From: Lepidodermella squamata
Taxonomy: Eukaryota; Animalia; Gastrotricha
Assembly (NCBI GenBank): GCA_047495785.1
Contig: JBLDXI010000029.1
Span: 62,001 to 126,000 of the forward strand
Direction: 5' to 3'
DNA: 64,000 bases
How positions within the stretch are numbered: position 1 is the stretch's first letter; each line of letters opens with the position of its first letter. Positions 1 to 10,885 of the stretch are shown one piece after another. The translations under genes were made by a program, and so were the position numbers. The notes under the pieces were generated by a model. The model saw nothing but the letters and a program-made list of their open reading frames with translations, made no database searches and had not been told where the DNA came from.

Positions 1-3000
1 GAGCACTCGCCGCTCGCGCGCAACAGCCTCATCAAGACCGGCGACGAGATCCTCGCCGTCAACTCGATGCCGACCAGCACCATGAAGGTAATACTTGTAG
101 CAATCCATTTCGAATACTTGAATCATACGTAATTTCATTAAAGATCGAAGACGTCGTTTACATAATATCGCTGTCGAGTAAACTGCTCATAACCGTGCGC
201 TCGTTGCCGGCGGACCTGACTGGCGGCAGCAGCAAATCAGCGGCTGGCAAACGCGCATCGTGCAAGACAGCGGCGGCGGCGGTGCAGGAGTGGGAGGCGA
301 CGCCGCGCAGCATCGTCACGAACCACCAGCACCGCAACCAGCTGCGCGCCGCCGCCGAGGCCGCAGCCGCTGCCGAAGCGGCGCGAATCGCCGCCAAAGA
401 CCAACAGGCTGCAGCTACTGAGCAGAAAAAATCTGAAACCGCTACTACTACTACTACAACTACTAGTAAAAGGGAAGATAACACCACTCTGAACCAGGCT
501 GATGAGCGAACGTCGTCGTCGCCGTTGCAAAACGGCAATAATACTGCTGCTGTGCGGCCGTCACGCTCCGCCGACGTCGGCACCCTCGCAGCCACCGCAG
601 CCGCCGGTGGCTCTGATCAGCAACAACAGAACCCGCAGCCCGTGCCCATGATCGACGACTCGCTGTCGGTGCTGTCGAGCAGCGACGAGAACCTGCACCT
701 GACCACGCTGCAGAAAATGCAGCAGTCAGTTGCAGCATTGTCGTCAGCATCAGCCGTTCGCTCTTCCAGCCTTCGCGTTCGAACCTCGGCGCCTCCTCTT
801 CCGCCTCCGAAACTGCCGCCTCGTGGTGGCGACAGGTCGTCGCTGCTGACGACGGTGCACGACAACATTGATTCGCGCATGGTGCCGCTGCGCTACCGCT
901 CGGCCGAGTGTTTCCCGAAAGACGGCGACGACGACGTGGGCGGCACAGAGGACGACGACGGCGCCCGGCCGTACTACGCGCAGCCGAACCGAATTGGCGG
1001 CGGCGGCATTCTGCGGCGCGGCACCATGCCGTCGTCATCCGACTGCTACTACGCCGATGCGGCGGCGGCGGCGGCGTGCACGTGCGGCGCCAGGCACCGC
1101 AGCAGCGGTGGTGCAGGCGAGGTGTGGCGGGGCGTGGCGGCGAATGCGTCGTCGTGTTCGAATTTGATGCTCGATCACGACCAACCAGCCGCCAATGGTT
1201 GCTGTTACTACTGTGCCACGGCGTCTTCTCGATTCTCATCAACATCTTGCACTGCTCATCACTGCTCATCGTCGTCGAGACTCAATAACAACCACAGCCA
1301 TAGCCACAACCACGGCGCAGTGAGCGGCGGCTATGTCTCGGACACGGGTGAGCGAGTGGCGCCGCCGTTCCGCAACGCCGCCTTCCATCACCTGCAGCAG
1401 CATCATCCACGTTCTCCAGGTATCTTTACCCTTCTTTCGTCTTTATTCTTTCTTCTTGCGATTTCCCTGATTCATTCCGTCAATCTTAACTTCTTTTCCT
1501 TTGTTGTCGTAGCGCGCTTCTACCCGGCGTCGTTCGGCAAAAAGGGCGCCGCCGCGTCGGCGTCGTGTCTCTACGCCGACGACTACGACAACGACAACGA
1601 CTTGGATGGTGGCGTCGTAGCAGTGCAACAGCAGGCGCCGGCGAGACCGGCTCGGCGGCCGAACTGCCTCGACGTGCAAACTGCGGCGCACACGGACACG
1701 GAGCTGGACGACGGCGACGACGGCGACGGGTACCCGGGGGGCCGGTCCTACGCCCGGCACCACCAGCCTCGGCTGCAGGCGGCGCTGCTCGAGCAACTGC
1801 GCCCGCCCGCCGACGCGTTCCCGTCTTTCGTCGACTACGCGCGGCTGCCGACGGCGCCGGTCGGTGAACTGCCGCCGCCTCACGTGATGATAGGCAACCA
1901 GCAGCCGCCGCAGCAACCGCACGCCCCGGTGGCTGGCCAGCTCAACATCAACGTACAGGCGTTCTACGCGTGGAGCCTCGACGACCAGCCGGCACCGGAT
2001 ACCGCCGCCAGCAACCGCCCAGCTGGTGCTGCTGCCACCGCCTCCGCCGCCGAGTCGCAGCTCGCGAGTCTCTACGTCGCGCTGTTCATCGACGGGCGGC
2101 AAGTCGGACGCACTGCTGCTCGCATCGGCCTCAAAAGTAAGCTACTTATACATAAAGTTAGCTGTGGTAAATAATTTATTAATCGCGATTAAATTTGAAA
2201 ACCTGCAGCCATTTCAAACTTAACTCCGCTTTGAGTCCACCTTATTGCAGGGATAAAGTATGCCCCATGAATTTTTATGTATTTAAGCAATAAATTGAAG
2301 CTGCCTGGATAATTTCGCAATTTCCTCGAGAAAATTCAAGTTAGACAAGGAAATCCCGAAAAACTTGCCGGGTAAATAGCTGGCGCCATTTTAGGCTTTC
2401 TAATACTTTTATCAACTTAATTCTTCCCATGCGCTACGTACGATGAGACACTGACTTGGTTCAATGAAAATTGTAACAATTCTGATTCGTTTGATCGCAC
2501 AGGCTTTTACTTCAACGAGCTGCTGACGGTGAGCCTGACCGGCGCCCGCCTCGCCACCTTCGTCGTGTACAGCCACAGCGGCGCCGGGCGGCCGGCCCAA
2601 CAGCGCGCCTCCGCCGTCGTGTCGCTCGCCACCGCGCTGTGCCGCCGCGACGCCGCCGTCAAGGTCGCCCTGCCCACGCACCCGGCCGGCGTCGTGTTCC
2701 TGCGCTGGCTGCTCAAGCCGCTGCTCTTGTCGGCTCGAACGCCCAACAATACAACGACAACAACTAATACAAATGTCGATCATCAGTCGGACTCTGCTCA
2801 AACTGCTGCTGCTGCGACAAGTGGCGTCGACCACCTCCACCAAGTGCCGCAAGCTCCGCCGTTGCCACCTCGCGAGCCGGAATTCTCCAACAAATTCATC
2901 CGGCCATTAGCGACAGCAGCCATCCCGCCACTGCCACCAGCAAGTGTTCAGCTGTCTGCCGGCAGCAGCTTGAGCCGCGTCGTGTTCGGCATCGCGCTCG

Positions 3001-3833
3001 GCGAGCTCGTCGACGCCGAGTGGAAGCTGGGCCTGCTGACGGGCCACGTGCCCGTGCTCGTGCAGCTGTGCGTGCGCATCCTGAACACGTGCGCGAACGT
3101 CGCGGGGCTGTACTCGCGCGCGTCGCCCGTCGACGAGCGCGCGTACCTGCGCGAGTGCTTCGAGCAGACGCTCGAGCCGCGCCACCTGCCCGTGCTCTGC
3201 GACAAGCTCATGAAGTTCGAGCCGGCCGTCGTCTCCGACCTGCTCGTCGACTTCCTCGCCGCGCTGCCGGAGCCGTTGTTCGCGCCGCACGTCGGCGAGG
3301 CGATCGCGGCGCACTTCCGCTCGGCGCACGACATGGCGTACGTGGACCGGCAGCTGGTCGTGCGCCAGTTCCTGCTCGAGTGCGCGCCCAAGCACGTCGC
3401 CGAGACGTTCCAGACCCTGCTCGACCACATCTTCCTGCTGTCGGTGAACGCGCCGGCGAACGGCCTAACCGCCGCGCGCCTCGACTCGCTGTTCAGCGCC
3501 AGCATCTTTGGCCCAGCGACGTCATCGAATTCATCGAATTCATCGCATCATCGACAGCAGTCGGCGTTGACGCCGGCGACGAGTAACGCGAGTGCGTCGG
3601 CGGCGGCGCAGCCACCGCCATGCTCTGCCGCCGCCTCGGACCCGGACACGAGCCAGTCGTCGCTGATGTTGTCGCCGTCGACGACCGCCTCGGCCTCGTC
3701 GACGTCGTCGGCGCTGTCAATGTCTCCGAATAACAACCATCAGCAGCAGCAGCAGCACAGCAAGTCGACGCCGTCGCTTTTCTTGCAGTTGTGCGAAATC
3801 ATGTTTCCGAACATGCCGGGTTCATCGAAATGA
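1..3833 (+). CDS. syd-1: SYD-1/RhoGAP100F-like PDZ-C2-RhoGAP protein, 5'-partial. Exons <1-87, 144-1419, 1513-2136, 2503-3833
   Basis: Exons 1-2 give a PDZ C-terminal half (LIKTGDEILAVNSMPTSTMK|IEDVVYIISLSSKLLITVR). A C2-like segment follows (GQLNINVQ...LYVALFIDGRQVGRTAA...K|SFYFNELL), then RhoGAP-type text (VVFGIAL...VPVLVQLCV...GLYS...FLAALPEPLF). GT-AG junctions keep frame. The PDZ-C2-RhoGAP order is the invertebrate SYD-1 architecture. Confidence 0.75.
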
Positions 3834-4779
3834 ATTCGCATGTTAAAGGTACCTACCTACGTGTGTATTATATAGGCATTGTATACTTTTGCACCTGATG
3901 ATATATGAAGATCTTCGACTCTTTGTTTTATATACAACTAGTACGACTACTTCTATTGGCATTTCTTGCTCTCTCTCTCTCTTTTCATTACATTCATTAT
4001 ACTATAAACTATGCGCGGTCTTTTTCTGTTTCAAAACATGAACGACGATAAAATGTGCAAAAACGACATGACATTACAGATATTGATGACTGGTGTTTGC
4101 AATCGAAGGCTGAATGAGGATGAATCGAAAAATAAAGCAAAATTTATTAGACCTCAGTTTGAAGAATTTTGAAGTTTTCTTAGCTCAATTAGGTTCAGAC
4201 TGGTTACAAGTAAAAAAGCACCTGGTTTCCTTAGTTCGAAGCACTGTACTTAGTACAGAAAATTCGGCTTTTGATGATGCTGAAGCAAAAAGCTTACCTA
4301 ACAATGGAAATCGCTGCCTTTCTTTCCCAGGATTTGCATATTTTGCTTGGCTATTCCCTATAAAATTGGGAGCGGGCTATACCGCCGTAATAATAATCTA
4401 AAACGTGGCTATCCATATTTTGATGTCATCGATATTCAGGCTTATTGCCGAGTTGTTACCGGCTAAGTGCCGGCTAATGCTGAATCGGAACCGCCGATTG
4501 GGGCACGTTTGATTTTCGTTAGCTAACATCAAAGACCCTTGATTACACTTCAGGCTCGAGTTTTTTCACGTTCCACGTCGTTTTTATAATTAGCGAATTT
4601 TGAACATCAGGCGAGTTTGCAGACTGGCGGAAACACTGAGCTGCTCGAAGAACACTTTCAAATCAAAACCCGAATGAATTAGCATGAGTAAAAGTCACAT
4701 TAAATGTCCTCTTGTTTATTTATTGTCTCTTTTTTACTGAAAAATAAGCATCAACAAAAACGAAAGCATTGAGATGTGA

Positions 4780-5916
4780 CTAGTACGTGTCATCGGTTAG
4801 GAAAGCGTGCTGGTCCCAGAAGGCCTGCGAGATGATGTCAGCGCCGCGCAACTCCCGAATCGCATCATCTTCCTCATCGCCATCTTGTTGATGTTGCTTT
4901 TGCTGTTGGTGCTGCTTCTCTTCACGATGAGATTCGGCCTCACTTTCGATGTCGGCGCCATTATTATTATCATTCGCACCTGTTTCCCGTTGCCGCCGTT
5001 CCAGCTTGTGCTGCTGCCGCTTGCTCAACGACGGCAAGCGTACAATGGTCGTGCCTTTGCGCAGCAGGGCCGATATGTTGTTGTAGTTGGTGGCGAACTT
5101 GGCGAACAGCAGCTCGTTCTTCGCCGCCGAGTCGGTTTTGCCGAGGAACGCGTTCGCGTCTCGCGGCGACATGCCCGACTCGGCGACCAGCTTCCAGAAA
5201 CACGTGTTGTACAGGTTGTTGATGTGACAGTCCGCCTGCCGCCACGCGCAGTAGTCGCGCAGTTCACGCACGCTCGGATACGCGATCAACCTTCAGGTGT
5301 TTCACAAAAACAGTCAACTAAGCTGTGGTTATCTTAACAAATGCTAATAAATGCAAATAGGGTAAATCCAATTGTGTGTTTACCTTGAATCGAAGGCAGG
5401 CGCGTAGGCGAGACGAACAGGTTCCCGAAAGCCAGTCCAAAGACCCTGAAATGTCGCAAAATGAGGGAATTCATTGTTCTCATTAGAAAATAACAACATT
5501 GCTACCTGCATTTCATCATCACTGCAGAATTCGTCGGGCACGCCCGCTGGATTGCCGGCTTTCGGCGAGAAATATGCCGGCCAGTGGTAGACGAAAGCGG
5601 ACGAAAATAGACTCACGACCGTCGACAGAATTTTGCTGCTGCGGCGTTTGTAAACCTGCGCCGATTTGCGGAACACGAAGCTGTACTCGTCGCTCTGGCC
5701 GTACGCCAGCATGATGTCTTTGAATTCGTGCATCACGTGCCGCGCCGCCTTGTTCATCAGCGACAACAGTCGCACGTCGTTCGGCTTCGCCAGCGAGTGC
5801 ACCTCGCAGAAGCGCGTGAAGCCTTTCCCGTCCACTCGCACAACCATGTACGTGTTCAGTAGAACTGGGTCCGGAATTTCGAAATTCTTCACATACTCAA
5901 ACCGTGATTTTGCCAT
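4780..5916 (-). CDS. THG1L: tRNA(His) guanylyltransferase. Exons 5916-5506, 5445-5384, 5290-4780 (about 327 aa)
   Basis: Family motifs MAKSRFEYVKNFE, VVRVDGKGF, AYGQSDEYSF, FDSR|LIAYPS, WRQADCHINNLYNTCFW and RKGT; two frame-preserving GT-AG introns (60 and 93 nt). Confidence 0.95.
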
Positions 5917-7786
5917 TCTCTTTCAACCTAATGCACATAAAACCTATTCGGCAATGAAATCACCACCAATGATAAAATAGAACGTTGACCACGCTAATGA
6001 GTTTCTTGCGACTTTCATCAATCGCTGTAAGATTATTGATGGGTTTAATGCAGATCTGATGCAAAGCAAGGAAAATGAAACTGACGAGCGGGCGTTTGCC
6101 CGCCGTGGCTAACGGCCTGTGTCAACAGATTTCAGAGAAATCTCTTTAAAGTTATGATGACACTTAATAAAAAAAAGCCATGGTAAAAGCTTGAAGATTA
6201 TTAGAAATATTAGAAATATTGGGGGGTCAGCTGAAAAACGGATCTCTGTGGGTTCATTTGGGGAGGCACAAAGTCCCCTCAAGGGATTTCATTATTAGAA
6301 AGCTTGAGTTGGCATCAAGCATCAAGTCTAATCGTCACGGCGCTTCAAAATTACACCAATGAAGGCGCCTTGGCATTGTTCCAAGGATAAACGACGACTA
6401 TGTTTCATGTCCGGAGCATTAAACAATAAAACATGTTCAGGTTCATGTGCGAAACCTGATGGGTCACAGAGTTGTATCAGTAGACCTTGCATCAAAGAAC
6501 GAATTGTCTCGCTTCGCATAAAAAACGGCAAAAATATTTCAGCTGCACACCCTCAGCTGCGTTACGTAGCATCGAGAAATTCTCCAACAATGACCCATTT
6601 CGAAAGCCGTAGGTTACTACAACACTCCTAGAGACGCTCTCGCGGAACGAAATTCAGGTCGGCCGCTAAGAGACGATGAATCACCTCTCAGGTTCATCGA
6701 ACTGTTTTCATAAGTTCGATACGATGCTTCCACTTTCTACCATCTAACCAATAATTCGATTCGCTTTTTCAGTCATCAGATCACTTACGTATTTTATGAA
6801 CACAATAGTGAGAATCAGATACAGACAACAGTTTTAATGTGATTTTCAGAATCTACAATTTGTCGAAATGATCACGGGGTATCGAAGAAAAAAACAAATA
6901 AGTAAAGCACAGATTATATGATTGTTGTTGATGGATTGAGTTTTGACATTAAATGTTTCGAGCCGCCGCAAATATTCCAACAAAATGTTGAGAACTTGGA
7001 AGATTTCTGCTTGAGGCGTACATCCTATGGGTTTTGCACCCTTCGGACTTGCCTCGAAGAAAAAGACAAGAAACTACCAAGTGCTACTAACCTAACAAAT
7101 TCTAAGTTTTACTAGTTTTTCCTGTTTATCTGCATCCATTATGTCTCACGAAGAAGCAATAGCTCAGGCCAGAGCGGTTCTCGCAACGGACCCAAATACC
7201 AGATCTGATCCAATCAAGATGGCTCTTTTTGCTCTTATATCTCACACCAGCGCTAATAGTGGCCGTATCGCAGCTTTGGAGCAAGAAAATCTGAAACTCA
7301 AAGATGAAGTAGCCTTGCTGGAGCAATCGGTCATCATTAGTACGCTTCTATCTACTCAAAAATCTTATTCAAGTCGAAGGTCGTTCTTGTAACTCCCTAA
7401 TCCTAAGAGGCGTTAGCTGCTCGCACGGAAATTGCGAACAGGAAGTTCATGCCGCGCTGAATAAGCTTCCAGCTCAATATAGAGCCCTGCTAGTCAGGCA
7501 GAGTCGCGACTAGAGAAGCCTCTGCTAGCCTTCAAGCCATTCACTGTCTCAAATCACCAACTGCACCACAGGACTCGCAAGTTGCTCATGAACTGCGTTT
7601 CTACAACTTCATGGGAGTCTCGCGAGAACTCTTCACAAGTGATTTCAACACCAGAGCGGAAGCTCTGAAGCTAAACTTCCAACGCTCTCGAGGTCCGATG
7701 GAACAACGAGGCTACAAGGCGTTATCGACACATGTCTCCTCCATACTCAAAGCCCATCCGCCGTACAGAAAGTCGTAACGTTGCCC

Positions 7787-7934
7787 CAGATTACTAAAAT
7801 CGGCAATTACTAACCGGCCATTACTAATCTGGTTTTTCCTTATATATCGACGCGGTCGATTAGTAATCCGCGATTAGCAATGCCATTCACGATTACCAAT
7901 CCTGGATTAGTAATTCAGGATGGGTAATCCTCTG
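7787..7934. repeat. Short cluster of ATTACTAA/TTAGTAAT motifs in both orientations; possible non-autonomous element relic
   Basis: ATTACTAA at about 7790, 7806 and 7820; the inverted form TTAGTAAT at about 7860 and 7907; degenerate copies at 7874 and 7892. Confidence 0.4.
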
Positions 7935-8388
7935 AGTTCTGAGTCGCTTACGTAGTACGGCTCGGAAAAGCGCGCTTTTTGGCGCGGAAGTTTTGAAAAT
8001 CAAATTTAAAAAATACTAATGTGTAATATGCAATTTTCCCAAAATGATTGAGTTAATACAAATTTGATACATTTATGGGGAAAAAAGTTCAATAATATAT
8101 GAACCATTTTTCTGCGGCATCGAGAATCGAGAAGTAAATCTCGGGTCGGGATGTTTTCGAGCGATGGGACTGCCGCCTGCCCACAACAGGAAACAAGAGA
8201 CAACATGTTGTATTCACTCGCTTCGTTGATGTGCAATTGGAGGTTCCTTACGTGTGCTTTCCTCAATGTTCTCATCGTTTCAAGATGCCGTTATCATTTC
8301 TCTACCTTGAGCATTGTTCATTTTGATACCCTGATTGTATGGCCATATTCCCTCATATCTCTAGATTGTTATCAGCACCGCAAGCAAA

Positions 8389-9058
8389 ATGTCGACTTCT
8401 GAGGTTTTGAAGAAGGAGATCGAGAAGATCACCGAGTTGAATAAGTATAATCCAGAAAACTTGAAAATGCTCGGTGAATATTTAAATGCTCAAGTGGAGG
8501 AAAATGTCTATGACTTGGCAGCGAACATTGTTATGCTGCGTATTTACCAGAGCTTTCCCTCGGAAATAGACGAGCGTGAAGTCGCTAAAATCTTGCTGAA
8601 ATCTCTAATGCGCCTGCCTGAACGTGACTACGTAAGCAAGGCTTCAACTTTTCATGAAAACTGCGAAATTGATTTTCTGGTTCATATTTTTACAGGTGAT
8701 GTGTAAAGGCTTGGTAGATATTGGGTTGTGGGAAGGTCAAACTATGCATTACATTGATCAGCTGGCTTCGCTTCTCGAGACTTGCCGCTTTGCAGAGTTC
8801 TGGCAGCTTCGCCACGAAGACAGCGTGTTGAATATTGACATTCCATTTTTCGACGACGCCATGCGCAAGTACATTTGCCACGTTGTTGGTGCCACATTCC
8901 AGTCGATTGACGCCGAAGAGTTCAAAGCGTTCCTTGGCGGTGTGGACGATGCAACTTTGAAAAAGGTCGTTGCCGACCACAGCTGGAAGCTGGCGGGCGG
9001 CAAAGTTGCGACTTCTCTCAATCTTTCCGGTCGCGTAGTTGCTAGTGGTAGCTCATAA
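8389..9058 (+). CDS. EIF3K: Eukaryotic translation initiation factor 3 subunit K. Exons 8389-8631, 8696-9058 (about 201 aa)
   Basis: Motifs NKYNPENL, YDLAANIVMLRIYQ, ILLKSLMRLPERDY|VMCK, LLETCRFAEFW and FDDAMRKYICHVVGATFQSI; 64-nt GT-AG intron. Confidence 0.93.
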
Positions 9059-9197
9059 CTTTCAAAACCCATTGCGGCATGTTGCAATTTCTCGATTGAG
9101 CTGAATTGGTACTTTAAAATAAAGATCCTGGAAAGGAAAAGAGTTCGCCAACATCACGTCAATTTTTTGCTTTGATAGGGTTTTTAATTGATTGACG

Positions 9198-9596
9198 ATG
9201 ACTACGGAAGAGAAAAAGAACGAACAATACGTAGTATGCACGCATTGCGGTTCGAAGATTCTGGCGCCGTCTACTGCTTTATCAATCGAGGACAAAGAGG
9301 TAATGAAGAATCAAGTAACTAGTGCAGTTGGTAATATGTGTTGAATTTTGCAGTTTTTCTTGCCATTTTCCGGCTCTAAGCCGAATGCCGAAAACCCTGA
9401 GGGCGAAACACTGTCTTCATTTTGGGTTGTCAATGACATCTACGCTTTCATGAACGTTGGATTTACGAACTCGACGAACGGTTTCCGTTATCTGTGCTGT
9501 GCCGACTGCGAAATCGGCCCGATTGGCCTGCACAAAAACGACCGGCCCGACGCGATCTACGTGGCGAAACAGCGCGTTAAAAACTTGGATGCCTGA
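9198..9596 (+). CDS. RABIF: Guanine nucleotide exchange factor MSS4/RABIF. Exons 9198-9299, 9354-9596 (114 aa)
   Basis: First zinc pair VVCTHCGSKIL in exon 1 (not in the ORF track); FWVVNDIYAFMNVGF and YLCCADCEIGPIG in exon 2; 54-nt GT-AG intron. Confidence 0.93.
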
Positions 9597-10885
9597 TTTT
9601 AGCCGATATCTGCGATATGAATGATTCCACAAATGATAAAGTGTCTTCTTGCGCCTCACCATCTATCTCACATTGATATAAAGTTATGCTAATGATAGTA
9701 ATAATAGTAATGATGACGATGTTATAGATTATTATTCAATTGTGATGTTGTTCACTCGAAATTTCCGCTCGCCGTTGTCGTTTTTTCCAGTCAGTTTGCG
9801 TTTTGTGCAATAAAATACGATGTACTTTTTCAAAAACAGTGTTCTACTTGTTTCACGCGCGGTTATGCGTATAGCAAGATTGTGGCTAGGGCGTGAGGCA
9901 GAGAGTAGGTTGCAACTTGGAAATGCCATTCATGAAAGCGAATACTAACTTGATTTAAATAACAAACGATTTCAGCCCACACCACTCGCCGAGGTTGAGT
10001 CTCGAGCGGAACAGCTTTCCGACACGGGCCATTTGCCATTTGACTTGAGTCATGGCGTCATTTTTTACCTCGTAAAATAACATCATTGCATGAATGGAAG
10101 ACGTGGGCAGTCTCACACCTGCATTTGCAGTGTTTACTTTTCACGTATATACCTGAGTTGTGGTGTAATAAAGGTGAAGCAGCTTAGCCCGAAAGAAAGA
10201 GAGAGAGAGAGAGATGATGCGATAATAAACGAGCCAACAATAGTATTATAATTTATAGATGATAGGAAGCTCGAGATTAAACCTACACGTTATTGAACCT
10301 CTAAGATTGTTTTAGTGTTAAGAGTATCGTAAGAGATGAGCACCTATCATCAATTTACTATTCGTGTGGAAAACCACGCAAATATAATAATAATAACAGT
10401 AAGGAGAAATCCGCGAAGGAGATATCTCAAGCGTGGATATTATTATTATTATTATTACGACATACAGGCCAGTATTCCAAGTGAAGGTTCGTGCTAGACT
10501 AATTTGCTCTAAACCCGCCAGCCATTTTGCCAGCCATTGTTTTGCTATGTATTTAATATTTTAACATTCTTCTTACAATCGCCTGAAATGACGTCAATTT
10601 TTTTGACAACAAAATTCTACCCATTCACTATCCATTGATAGGTACTTCTTTGATACCTGCGGTGCATATGTATAGATTTTATTGCGTGCGCGCCCACAAC
10701 TTCTTCTCGCTATAAAATTACTACTACTTAGTTACAGGCCCAAAACACGCGGCTTAGTCACCGCAAGAAACTAAGCAATAGCTGCAAAATATTTTCGCGC
10801 AGGTATATATCACCTTTTAATGTCCTCTATTGTCTCTTTTATTATTGCCTCTACTCAGTTTATTATAGATTGTCACAATTTAGTG

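Noticed and set aside
1420-1512. Transmembrane segment in the 659-aa ORF (IFTLLSSLFFLLAISL...)
   Set aside because: It is a 93-nt T-rich in-frame intron (AG/gtatct...gtcgtag) read through by the ORF finder.
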